From contig CM059431.1 in the NCBI GenBank assembly GCA_030390025.1, forward strand, positions 157,048,001 to 157,112,000: 64,000 nt of DNA, written 5' to 3'. This DNA is from Squalus acanthias. Taxonomy: Eukaryota. Below the pieces are notes generated by a model. It was not told the DNA's origin, did no database searches, and saw only the letters and a program-made list of their open reading frames with translations. The position numbers and the translations under genes were made by a program. Shown here piece after piece: positions 53,656 to 64,000 of the stretch. Numbering within the stretch: the first letter of the stretch is position 1; each line of letters opens with the position of its first letter.

Positions 53656-54885
53656 CCTACGATGCCACCTTCCATACCATTGCTTCTGACATATCTTCCT
53701 TTTTCCTCAACGAGGATTCCCCTCTATATTAGTTGACACGGCCCTTCACCATGTCCGTTCTATCTCCCGCACTTCTCCCCTCATCACTGCCCCTCCCTCC
53801 CGGACCCACGACAGAGTTCCCCTTGTCCTCACCTTTCACCCCACCAGCCTCCACATTCAACGGATCATCCTTCGCCATTTCCGCCAAATCCAGCGTGATG
53901 CCACCACCAAATGCATCTTCACCTCACGTCCACTTTCAGCATTCCGTAGGGACCGCTCCCTCCGCGACACCCTAGTCCACTCCTCTATCACCCTCAACAA
54001 TCCTTCCTCTTCGCCCGGCACCTTCCCGTGCAAGCGCAGGAGATGCAACACCTGCCCTTATACCTCCATCCTTCCCACTGTCAAGGGCCCGAAACACCCC
54101 TTCCATGTGAAACAGCGATTTACTTATACTTCTTGCAATTTAGTATAATGTATTCGCTGCTCACGATGTGGTCTCCTCTACATTGGGGAGACCAAACGCA
54201 GCTTGGGTGACCGCTTTGCGGAACACCTGCGTTCATTCCGTAAGGGGAACCCCGAGCTTCCGGTCGCCTGTCACTTTAACTCACCACTTCACACCCACTC
54301 TGGCATCACCATCCTCGGCCTCTTGCATTGTTCCACGGAAGTTCAGCGTAAGCTTGAGGAAGAATACCTCATCTTTCAATTTGGCACTTTACAACCCTCT
54401 GGACTCAATATCGAGTTCAACAATTTCAGGTTATAACCTCGGCCCCTATCATATATATATATATATTTTGTATCCACACTCTTTGTCTGTCTTTTTTTTC
54501 TTTTCCCCCACATGGCAGCTGTCTTTCATTCTGCCAGCGAAATTTACAATTCATCGAGAGCCACCGTTTGTTTCTTAACCTGTTCCATTACCATCTCCTT
54601 TTGCCTTGAATATCTCTTAATGTCTCTTAAACTCTTCCGCCTTATAACCTATCACAGACCTTCCCTTTTGTTCTTCCATCCCCTCCCCCCTTTCCTAACC
54701 TCAACACTTGCTTAAACAAATCTGTTTCATGTCCTGCTTTTTTCCACTTCTGACGAAATGTCTTCGACCTGAAACGTTAATTCTGTTTCTCTCTTCACAG
54801 ATGCTGCCTGACCTGCTTGGTTCTCCAGCACTTTCTGTTTTAATTTCAGATTTCCAGCATCTGCAGTATTTTATTTTTGTCTTAC
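53656..54885 (+). mobile_element. Penelope-like element (family A parent type), 5'-truncated, GIY-YIG plus 3' pLTR with hammerhead motif
   Basis: NLV*CIRCSRCGLLYIGETKRSLGDRFAEH...PVACHFN...GTLQPSGLNIEF. CUGACGA...GAAACGUU at 54750-54778, followed by sequence homologous to the family A micro-elements. Confidence 0.9.
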
Positions 54886-54957
54886 AATAGGCCTGTGCAG
54901 TGCCTTGGGATGTTTTAGAACTTTAAAGGCGCTATACAAATAAAAGTTGTTGTTATA

Positions 54958-57900
54958 AGAAAATAAATTGCACCGTGCCACATAAGGTGAAATTAGCGCT
55001 GATGACTAAAAGATTGGTAAAACAGGTAGGTTTTAAGGAGCGATATAAAGGAGTGAAATAGAGGTAGAGAGGCGGAGAGGTATAATGGGGGATTTCCACA
55101 GCTTCGAGCCTTGGCAACTGAAGGCACGGACAACAGTAGTTGAGCGAATATAATCAGGGATGCGCAAGTGGGCTGAATTATAGGTGGGCGTCTATCTTGG
55201 GGTGGTGCGGGGAGGCTGGAAGATATTAGATGTAGGGAGGTGCAAGGCCATGGAGGGAATTGAAAAGAAGGGTGAGAATTTTGAAATCGAGACGTTGCTT
55301 AACCGGGAGCCAATGTCTCTTCTTCTTATGCAGTCCCTCGGAACCGAGGATGACTTGCTTCGACACTAAAAATTATTTCCCAGGTGACTGATGAGTCCAA
55401 TGCGGTACCTACAGTTTCTGTCATAGGTGGGGCAGACGGTGGTTGAAGGGGCGGGTGGTTGCGATGCTTGGTTTGACCTGCGCTCCTTCCGCTGTTTGCA
55501 CTTGGCTTCCGCTTGCTCCCGGCGAAGAGGCTCGAGGTGATCGGCGCTTTCCCGGGTGCTTCTCTTCCACTTTGTCTGGTCTTGGGCCAGGAATTCCCAG
55601 GTGTCGGTGCGGATGTTGCACTTTTTCAAGGATGCTTTGCGGGTGTCCTCGAAGCGTTTCCTCTGCCCTTTTGGGTTTCACTTGCTCTGTCGGAGCTCCG
55701 AGGACAGCTCTTGTTTTGGGAGTATCGTATCGGGCATGCGGACGATGTGGCCCGTCCATCCGAACTGATCCAGCATGGTGAAAGCTTCGATGCTGGGGAT
55801 GTTGGCCTGAGCGAGAACACTGATGTTGGTGCGCATATCCAGCCAATACATTTGCAGGATCTTGCGGAGGCAGCGTTGGTGTTACCTCTCCAGATCTTTG
55901 AGGTGATTGCTGTACTTGATCCATGACTCCGAAGCATACAGGCGGGCGGGTATCATTATTGCTCTGTTGACCATTAGCTTGGTGCTGGGTTTGCGGTCCT
56001 GGTCTTCAAACACTCTCTTCCTCAGGCGAACGAAGGCTGCACTGGCACACTGAAGGTAGTGTTGGACTTCGTCATCGACGCCCTTGTTGACAGTAGGTTC
56101 CCGAGATATGGAAAGTTGTGCACGTTGTCCAAGGTCTGCGAGCACAGGGGTGATGGGTGATTGGGAATTGTTGCGAGTTAGTACACTGGCACCCGAGTTT
56201 AGAGTGGCCTCTAGTTTACGTAGCGTAGAATGTGGGTGGCCAGCCAGGAGTGTTTTGGAACAGTCAAGTCTGGAGGAAACAAAGGCATGGATACGGGTTT
56301 CTGGAGCAGATGTTCTGATGCAGGTTTGGAGAGAAGCGATGGTGGAGGTGGAAATAGGCGGTCTTAGTTAGGCCGCGGATACGTTGTTGGAGGCTCCTTT
56401 CAGGCTCAAATCTGAATCCAAGATTGCAAAAAGTGTGGTTCATCCTCAGACAGATGTTAGGGAGAGGGATGGAGTCAGTGACGGGGAATGAAAAAAATGG
56501 CTTCACAATATTTATCTGGAGAAAATTTCTGCTCATCCAGATCTGGATGTCGGACAAGCAGTCTGACAATTTAGAAACAGTGAAGGGGTCGAGAGAAGTG
56601 GTAGTGAGCTAGAGCTGCGTGTCGTCAGCGTAAACGTGGAAACTGAAGCTTTGTTTTCCGATGATGTTGTCAAGGGGCAGCATGTAGATGAAAAATAGGT
56701 AGGGGTCAAGTATAGATTCTTGGGGGAAACAAGCGGTAGTGATGCGCGAGTGAGAGGAGAAGTCATTGCAGGTGATTCTCTGTCTATGATGAATAAGAAT
56801 GGAACCAGACGAGTGCAGTCCCAAACAGCTGAACGACGGTGGAAAGGCGTTGGAGGAGTGTGGAGTGGTCAAGCGTGTCAAAGGGTGCTGAGAAGTCGAG
56901 AAGGCCGAGGAGGCATAATTTCTCTTTTTCGCAGTCACAAAGGATGTCATTTGTGAACTTGATGAGAGCCGTTTCATTACTGTGGCAGGGGCGGAAACCC
57001 GATTGGAGACACTCAAATATGGAGTTCCAGGAAGGATGGGAATGGCTTTGGAAGGGAACAACATGTTCAAGGAATTTGGAGCGGAAAGGGAAGTTGGAGT
57101 TGGTTCGGAAATTTGCAAGGACGGAGCAGTCGAGAGTTACTTATTTGAGGAGAGTGGTGATGACGACAGATTTGAAGGAGAGAGGGACAGTACCTGAGGA
57201 GAGAGAGCCATTAATAATGTCAGCTAACATGGAAGCCAAAAAAAGAAATGGGGTCAGCAGTTAGCTGGTAATAGGATCGAGCGAGCAGGAACTGGGTCTC
57301 ATAGACACGACGAGTGAGGGAGAGGTCAGGGGAGGAGACCAGAGAGAAGCGGGAGAAAGATGCGAGTTCAGGGCTAGGGCAGAGGGAACGTTATTGAATA
57401 TTTTCCCGGTGGGATAGCGGACGGATGAGGAGTGGCAGAGGCAGCTGATCGCATGGTCTGAATCTTACAGACAAATACATTTATGAGCCTCTCGCAATTG
57501 TTGTTGGAGGTGAGGGTGGAGGAGACAGGGGAGAGAGGTTTAAGAAGATGGTTAGCAGTGGAGAATAGAAGCCGTGGTTTGTCTTTGCATTCCAGAATAA
57601 TTTTGGAATAGTGAGCAATATTTGCAGACGAGAACAGGACCCGATAATGCTTTATGTGGTCCAGCCAGAACTGGCGGCAAATGGCTAAACACATTGTCCG
57701 CCATATCAGTTCAATTCTGCGTCTCTTGGAATTAAGGGAGCGATATGAGGGCTGTACCAATTAGAAAAGCCAGGGTGAGAAAATGTGATTGATTTAATTG
57801 GGAGTAGGGCATCGAACGTGGTGGTGAGGGTGTAGTTGAGCTGATCGGGAGCTGCAGTAATGTTGTGGTGAATGGAGGGCCAAAAGCTGGATAGCTGGGA

Positions 57901-58010
57901 TTTCGTAAATGCAGTTTTTAAGAGAGTTGGGAGAGATTTTTTCGACACAGACTGAAGAAAGTTTGAGGGGGAAGGGGGATGTGGAAGGATTGTGACAGGG
58001 ATTTGGGAGA
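54958..58010 (-). mobile_element. L2 LINE, decayed, split by an RTE insertion
   Basis: ORF 56609-57118 ends PQESILDPYLFFIYMLPLDNII...HVYADDTQL; also CLSDIQIWMSRNFLQIN. Host gggagccaatgt resumes as aggtctgcgagcacagg. Confidence 0.88.
55316..56131 (-). mobile_element. RTE-clade LINE 3' fragment
   Basis: ASAAFVRLRKRVF...KLMVNRAIMIPARLYASESW and KKCNIRTDTWEFLAQD...RIGLISH motifs; (AAG)n tail. Confidence 0.9.
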
Positions 58011-58179
58011 GCAGCGTATCCGAAAGAGCAGAGATGAAAGGAGGTATGACGACTGGAGAGAGCGATCAGGTAGGTTTAGAGAGAAAAGGAAAAAAGGGGA
58101 GAAAAAAGTGGAGATAGAAGTGAACGGCTCGGGTCTGGAGCGGCATACAAAATGCACACTCAAGATCAGCGGGACTCAC

Positions 58180-58276
58180 TGGATGTCACTGGGCAGCTGT
58201 CTGTGTCACACCTGATCTGGAGTGGTGATGGTAACAGTCGGGACATGCTGGTAACCAGAGCTAACAGTTTGCTGTA
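58180..58276 (-). other. Candidate 97-nt exon of an unidentified gene
   Basis: ccctcctcacccatcag|TACAGC...ACATCCA|gtgagt. Phase-0 frame is open; phase-1 frame reads QQTVSSGYQHVPTVTITTPDQV*HRQLPSDI. Confidence 0.3.
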
Positions 58277-58619
58277 CTGATGGGTGAGGAGGGCCTTGAT
58301 ATCATGTTTAATAAGGCAACGTTCTGCTTCACATCTTAATATTTCTGCATAACCCACCTATTAATGTATTTATTAAAGAGCATCAGAACCTGGGAACGCC
58401 TGTCACCGGCATGGCCGAAGTTCGAAACAGGGGAAAGGATCCAACAATTTCAGGAATAATGAGAAATAACAGAGATAGGTTCACAAAACTCATTAAAATA
58501 TAATTCCTGTACCGACAAAGGGAGCTGATCTCGTGCAGATCCTGCAGCACACACAGGAAGAGGGAGCAGGACATGAGCTGAGTACTAAATTGGAAGCGAG
58601 TGACCCTCTAGAGGGGCAT

Positions 58620-60150
58620 CGCAGTCACAGGTGCAGGGAGCCCTGAGTATTGGAACGGACCAATACATACCTGTTTTTTGGGGACAGTAAGCTAGATAGA
58701 GCTAGTGACTCGTAGGAGGGTTTACCTGACCAACAGTGTGACTCCAGAGAGCAGGAGGCCACCCCGAGTTGGGCAGAGGTGAGAGGCAGGTGGGAACAAA
58801 AATAGGATAGCAATAGTGGCGGGAGATTCTATAGTCAGGTGAATAGACAGACTCGTCTTCAGCCCTGAGCAGGTGCCAATTGGGAATATGCATCCCTGGT
58901 GCCAGAGAGAAGAACAATCTGGGAAGGAAATGAGAGAAGAAATTACCCATGGTCGTAATCAGTAACACTGATAGAAATACGTTTACAGAGGGAATATTGA
59001 GACTGAGGCACTAGATTAAAGACAAGGGGGTAAAAATTAGGTCGCGCCCCATTTGGGGCGCAAATATTGTCTGGACGCAAATATTAGCGCCTGGCGCTAA
59101 TTATCGGCACTGACTGGAAACTTCACTTTTACCGCCCCGGGAGGTGAGTGGAGCACTAAATCAGGCGCTGCACACCTGTCTTAAGGCGCAAAGGCCAAGG
59201 AGTGAGGCGCTACCTCAGAGCGCTGGCGAAGCTCATGTAATGTCAGTCAGCAATAGAACAGACACACAATGGCACGGGCCAGTTCTTAAAGGGGATGGTT
59301 AATCTTGCTTTCCATCCACATCCTGTTCATTGCAGCCTTGAATCTCGGCCTGGAGAGACTTGCACATCAAATGTGCTGGAAAGAACAATGGAGAGTACCA
59401 GGCAAAGAGCTCAGAGTGCAGCACCCACAGTCTCTGCTAAATCGATACAAGGAATGGCAAATCAAAATGAACCTGCAAAGTGCTGCCCAGTACCCAAAAC
59501 TCCTTCACACAACGTTGAATCTCTCCAGAAGTCTCTCCCTCTCTCTCTCAGAATGCGTAGTTCAAAAATGCCACTAACAATAAAAGACAGGAAGAGGCCC
59601 CCTTTAAATAGCGCCCCCCCCCCAGCCCCATAGCGATTGATAGCGTTCCAGTCTTCTGGTCGTTGGATGGGCCAGGCGGTAAGGCAGGGGGCGCCACTCA
59701 ATTTCCGCTCCGGGGCGCCACAAGGGCGTTGCACCATGGAATGACGTCACAATCTGCGCGCGCAGGTGGTCGCAGCGGTAAAGTTTAGCGCTGCCGCACA
59801 ATCTCTAGTTAAGTTCCCGAGCGGCGCAAACATCGCTGCGCCCGGGCGTTAGCAGCTTTGCGCCCCATTAGCGCCCTCTTAAGGCGCTAACGGGAGGCGC
59901 AACCAACTGAATTTTTAACCCAAGGTCTCAAGCTGGAGATCTCTGGATAGTTTTGCGCTGGGCCATTAATGAGGGAAATATGAGGCAGGTCAATGTTAGA
60001 CTGCATGGCTGGAGTAAGGGGGAAGGGTTCAAATTCTTGGGGCATGAAGGTTGAGTTCAGGGAAAAGGGAAGGGACGGCCGCGATCTGAACCCACCAACA
60101 ACAATGGTTTCACAGAATAGGTGAATGAAGCAGTGGGAAGGGTATCAGCT
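58620..60150 (+). mobile_element. Very old CR1 ORF1 (esterase) remnant split by a DNA transposon
   Basis: Remnants of AIVAGDSIV and CIPGA motifs. Continues after 59924. Confidence 0.6.
59027..59921. mobile_element. Non-autonomous PIF/Harbinger-like DNA transposon
   Basis: TIRs GGGGTAAAAATT / AATTTTTAACCC. 3-bp TSD AAG at 59024-59026 and 59922-59924. GC-rich subterminal regions with many GCGC motifs; no transposase. Confidence 0.75.
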
Positions 60151-60336
60151 GAAATGATTCGTGTGACAAATATCAGCATCTGAGACTACAGAGTGGAATT
60201 AATGAAGCTGTTGGAGCTGAAACAGAATATTTAGGAAATAGTGAAAATTTTGAGCAGGAAAAAGGAAGGTTGTTTTCGAATAGTGAGAGATGAAGTCACC
60301 TGGTGTTAAAAAAATGAAATAAAAAAGTGTCAATAT

Positions 60337-60727
60337 TCGGTGGCAGTAAAAGCAGCGGGAGCGGCTGGAGAGCGCGAGACTTCGGCGGCAGAAAAAGCAG
60401 CGGGAGCGGTTGTAGAGCGCGAGACTCCGGTGAAAGGAAAAGCAGCGGGAGCGGCTGGAGAGCGCGAGACTTCGGCGGCAGAAAAGGCAGCGGGAGCGGC
60501 TGGAGAGCGCGAGACTTCGGCGGCAGTAAAAGCAGCGGGAGCGGCTGGAGAGCGCGAGACTACGGCGGCAGTAAAAGCAGCGGGAGCGGCTGGAGAGCGC
60601 GAGACTTCGAGAGCTGTCAAAGCAGCGGGAGCTGCTGGAGAGCGCGAGACTTCGGCGGCAGTAAAAGCAGGTGGAGAGGCTGGAGAGCGCGAGACTTCGG
60701 GGGCAGTAAAAGCAGCGGGAGCGGCTG
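60337..60727 (+). repeat. 45-bp tandem monomers (~8.7 copies) at the CR1 5' end
   Basis: GCAGTAAAAGCAGCGGGAGCGGCTGGAGAGCGCGAGACTTCGGCG. Exact period 45 from 60352 to 60712. Confidence 0.95.
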
Positions 60728-62845
60728 AAACACAAAGGACCGGTGAGTGTAAAGAAGTAAAAAGTAATCTAAGTGTCACGTCAAGAGTAAGAGGTAAATG
60801 ATTGGTTGATGAGTATTATTCTATTTCTCGCTTTTTTCCAAACTTGGGCGTCTAAATTTAAGTGCCTTGGTGTAGATTAAAATATATACGGGTTCCAAAG
60901 TGACGTCGGCGCAGGGGAAGAAGCTGATTAGTGAATAGTGGTCGATTGTTTATTTTCTTCAATTTTAAGTCTATTTTTTTAAGGTAGTTCATAGTTAATG
61001 TAGTTCGGGAGAGCGAGAATCCGAGAGTTTAAATTTGAGGTTAGAGTTTTTTAATTAAGGTTATGGCAGGGGACCTCATTCCCGTGCGTTGCACGTCCTG
61101 CAGCATGTGGGAATTCCTGGACGCTTCTTGCAGTCAGGATGACCACATGTGCAGTAAGTGCCAATGGATTGGCCAACTGGAGATCCGGTTTTCGGAGCTC
61201 GAGCATCAGCTGGAGGCAGTGCGGTGTATGCGCGAGCTCAGACTTACATGGATAGCACATTTTTGGACGTTGTCACGCCGCAAAATTAGAAAGTGCAGTC
61301 AGAGAGGGAATGGGATACCAGCAGTCAGAAGAAGTGGGGCAGGCCAATAGTCAGGAAAGCCCCAGAGTGCATCTCACTCAACAACTGTTATTCCATGTAG
61401 GAAACGCGTGAAAGTGACGGTTCCTCTGGGGAGAGCAGCCAGAGCCAAGTTCACGGCACTGTGGGTGGTTCAGCTGCACAAGCGGGAAGGAGTAAAAGTG
61501 GAAGTGCAATAGTGGTAGGAGACTCAATAGTGAGTGGTGCAGACAGGCGTTTCTGCGGCCGCAGACGTGACTCCAGGATGGTAAGTTGCCTCCCTGGTGC
61601 CAGGGTCAAGGATGTAACTGAACGGCTGCAGGGCATTCTGAAGGGGCCGTGCGAAATGTCCGAGGTCGTGGTTCATATTGGTACCAACGACCTGTTTAGA
61701 AATATAGATGAGGTCCTGCAACAAGAATTTAGGGAGCGAGGTAGCAGATTAAATAGCAGGACCAAAAAGGTTGTAATCTCTGGATTACTCCCGGTCCCAC
61801 GTGCTAGTGAGTATAGGAATAGGAGGATAGAGACGATAAAGGCGAGGCTAAAGAGTTGGTGCAGGAGGGAGGGCTTTAGTTTCCTGGATCATTGTGTCTG
61901 TTTATGGGGAAGGTGGGCCCTGTAGATGTCGGACGGGTTGCACCAGGACCAACATCCTTGCGGGGAGGTTTGCTAGTGCTGTTAGGGGGAATTTAAACTA
62001 ACTTGGCAGAGGGATGGGATACGGAGTGGAGCTATAGTAGGGGGTGATGAGCAGCCAAATATAGAGGAAAAAACAATTCAGTTTGGAAGTCAGAGCAAAA
62101 TATGTAACGGCACAAGTGAGTATGGCAAGTCTGGCGGGCATTCATTTCAATGCAAGTAGTCTTGCGAGTAAGGCAGTTAAATTGAAGTTGTTGATGAACA
62201 CATGGGAGTATGATATTGTTGCTATCACGGAGACAAGGTTGAGGGTGTGCCAGGACTGGCAGCTCATTATTACGGGGTATAGAATCTTCAGGCGAGACAG
62301 ATGTGGGTGTAAAAGAGGAGGGGGTGTCGCAATATTAATCAAGGAGTCAATTACTACAGTAAGGAGGGATGATATCATAGCAGGTTCCTCTAATGAGGCC
62401 ATATGGGTAGAACTTAAAAATAAAAAGGGGGCAAGCACTTTCCTAGGAGTGCACAATAGGCCCCCAAACATTCAGGGGCGATAGAGGAACAGATATGTAG
62501 GCAAATCTCAGAGAAGTGTTGATATAATAAGGTAATAATAGTAGGGGTTTTCAACTTCGCCAATATTAACTGGGACAGTCAGAGTGTGAAAGGCTTAGAG
62601 GGTGCGGAATTCTTACAGTGCATCCAGGAGAGCTTTTTGAGCCAGTTTGTCGAAAGTCCTACAAGAGAGGGGGCGGTACTAGAACTAATTCTAAGGAATG
62701 CAGCCGGGCAAGTGGTAGAAGTGTCTGTCGGAGAGCATTTTCGTGACAGTGACCGTAATTCGGTGAGATTTAAGGTAGTCATGGAAAAGGACAAAGATGG
62801 ACAGGAGATAAAGGTTCTAAATTGGGGGAAGGCCGATTTTAATAC
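60337..62845 (+). mobile_element. CR1 5' half: 5'UTR, ORF1 (Zn-finger, SGNH esterase), APE endonuclease; pseudogenised
   Basis: 61063 MAGDLIPVRCTSCSMWE...CSKC; 61461 IVVGDSIV..CLPGA..HIGTND; 62083 FNASSL..YDIVAITET..GGGVAILIK. Confidence 0.93.
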
Positions 62846-64000
62846 AGAACATAGAACATAGAACAGTATAGCACAGTACAGGACCTTCGGCCCTCGATGT
62901 TGTGCCGAGCATTGTCCGAAACCAAGATCAAGCTTTCCCACTCCCTAACATTCTGGTGTGCTCAATGTGCTTATCCAATAACCGCTTGAAAGTTCCTAAA
63001 GTGTCCGACTCCACTATCACAGCAGGCAGTCCATTCCACACCCCAACCACTCTCTGAGTAAAGAATCTACCTCGGACATCCCTTCTATATCTCCCCTCAT
63101 GCACCTTATAGTTATGCCCGCTAGTAACAGCTACATCCACCCGAGGAAATAGTCCCTGAACTTGCACTCTATCTATCCCCCTCATCATCTTTTCAACCTC
63201 TATTAAGTCGCCTCTCATCCTCCACCGCTCTAAAGAGAAAAGCCCTAGCTCCCTCAATCTTTCCAAATAAGACCTCCCCCCAAACCAGGCAGCATCTTGG
63301 TAAATCTCCTTTGCACTCTTTCCAATGCTTCCACGTCCTTCCTATCGTGAGGTGACCAGAACTGCACACAATATTCCAAATGTGGTCTCACCAAAGTCCT
63401 GTACAGTTGCAGCATAACCTCACGGTTCTTAAACTCAAACCCCTTGTTAATAAACGCTAAAACACTATAGGCCTTCTTTACTGCTCTATCCACTTGAGTG
63501 GCAACCTTCAGAGATCTGTGGATATGAGCCCCCAGATCCCTCTGTTCCTCCACGTCCCTCAGAACCCTGCCGTTGACCCTGTAATCCTTATTCAAAATTG
63601 GCCTACCAAAATGAATCACCTCGCACTTATCAGGGCTAAATTCCATCTTAAATTTTTCGGCCCAGCTCTGCATCCTATCAATGCCTCTTTGCAGCCTACA
63701 ACAGCCCTCCACCTCATCCACTACACCACCAATCTTGGTGTCATCAGCAAATTTACTGATCCACCCTACAGTCCCCTCCTCCTAGTCATTGATAAAAATC
63801 ACAAACAGCACTGGACCCAGCACCGACCCCCGTGGCACACCGCTGGTAACTGGTCTCCAGTCCGAACATTTTCCATCCACCACCACCCTCTGGCTTCTAT
63901 GAGATAGCCAGTTACTTATCCAATCGGCCAAATTTCCCTCTATCCCACAACTCCTTACTTTCTTCATGAGACGACCATGGGGAACCTTACCAAACGCCTT
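62846..64000 (-). mobile_element. CR1 3' end nested in the preceding CR1; runs off window
   Basis: (acatagaa)n tail. ORFs 62928-63266, 63254-63721 and 63782-63967 ([14 protein letters not shown]). Confidence 0.93.

Noticed and set aside
60199..60801. Four overlapping repetitive ORFs (AVKAAGAAGERETSA etc.)
   Set aside because: A by-product of a GC-rich 45-bp repeat in a CR1 5'UTR that is open on both strands. No independent coding evidence.
22740..64000. Intact autonomous retrotransposon ORF2
   Set aside because: Every RT-bearing element seen has stops, frameshifts, deletions or nested insertions.

Overview
Vertebrate genomic DNA, most likely from a cartilaginous fish (shark or ray), judged from the repeat families. 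It is almost entirely repeats, and I find no intact protein-coding gene. (1) Two arrays of a C-rich 40-bp satellite (1-4505, ~9722-18798) with higher-order structure, inside a recent ~14-15 kb segmental duplication. (2) Dense, nested, decayed CR1 LINEs; two retain ORF1 (Zn-finger plus SGNH esterase) and tandem 5'-UTR monomer arrays. Also RTE and L2 fragments and a Harbinger-type non-autonomous transposon. (3) Two Penelope-like (GIY-YIG) families plus several 100-230 bp hairpin or solo derivatives with clear TSDs, most carrying minimal hammerhead ribozyme motifs. (4) Minus-strand remnants of an unidentified host gene or genes: a CpG-rich promoter/first-exon candidate at ~19.3-19.5 kb, a ~167-nt exon-like segment present in three anciently duplicated units (all disabled), and two further candidate exons. 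The most interesting signals are the hammerhead-bearing Penelope micro-elements, the CR1 5' monomer arrays (one with a compensatory hairpin change) and the tandem exon array. All alignments were done by eye, and boundaries of old elements are approximate.
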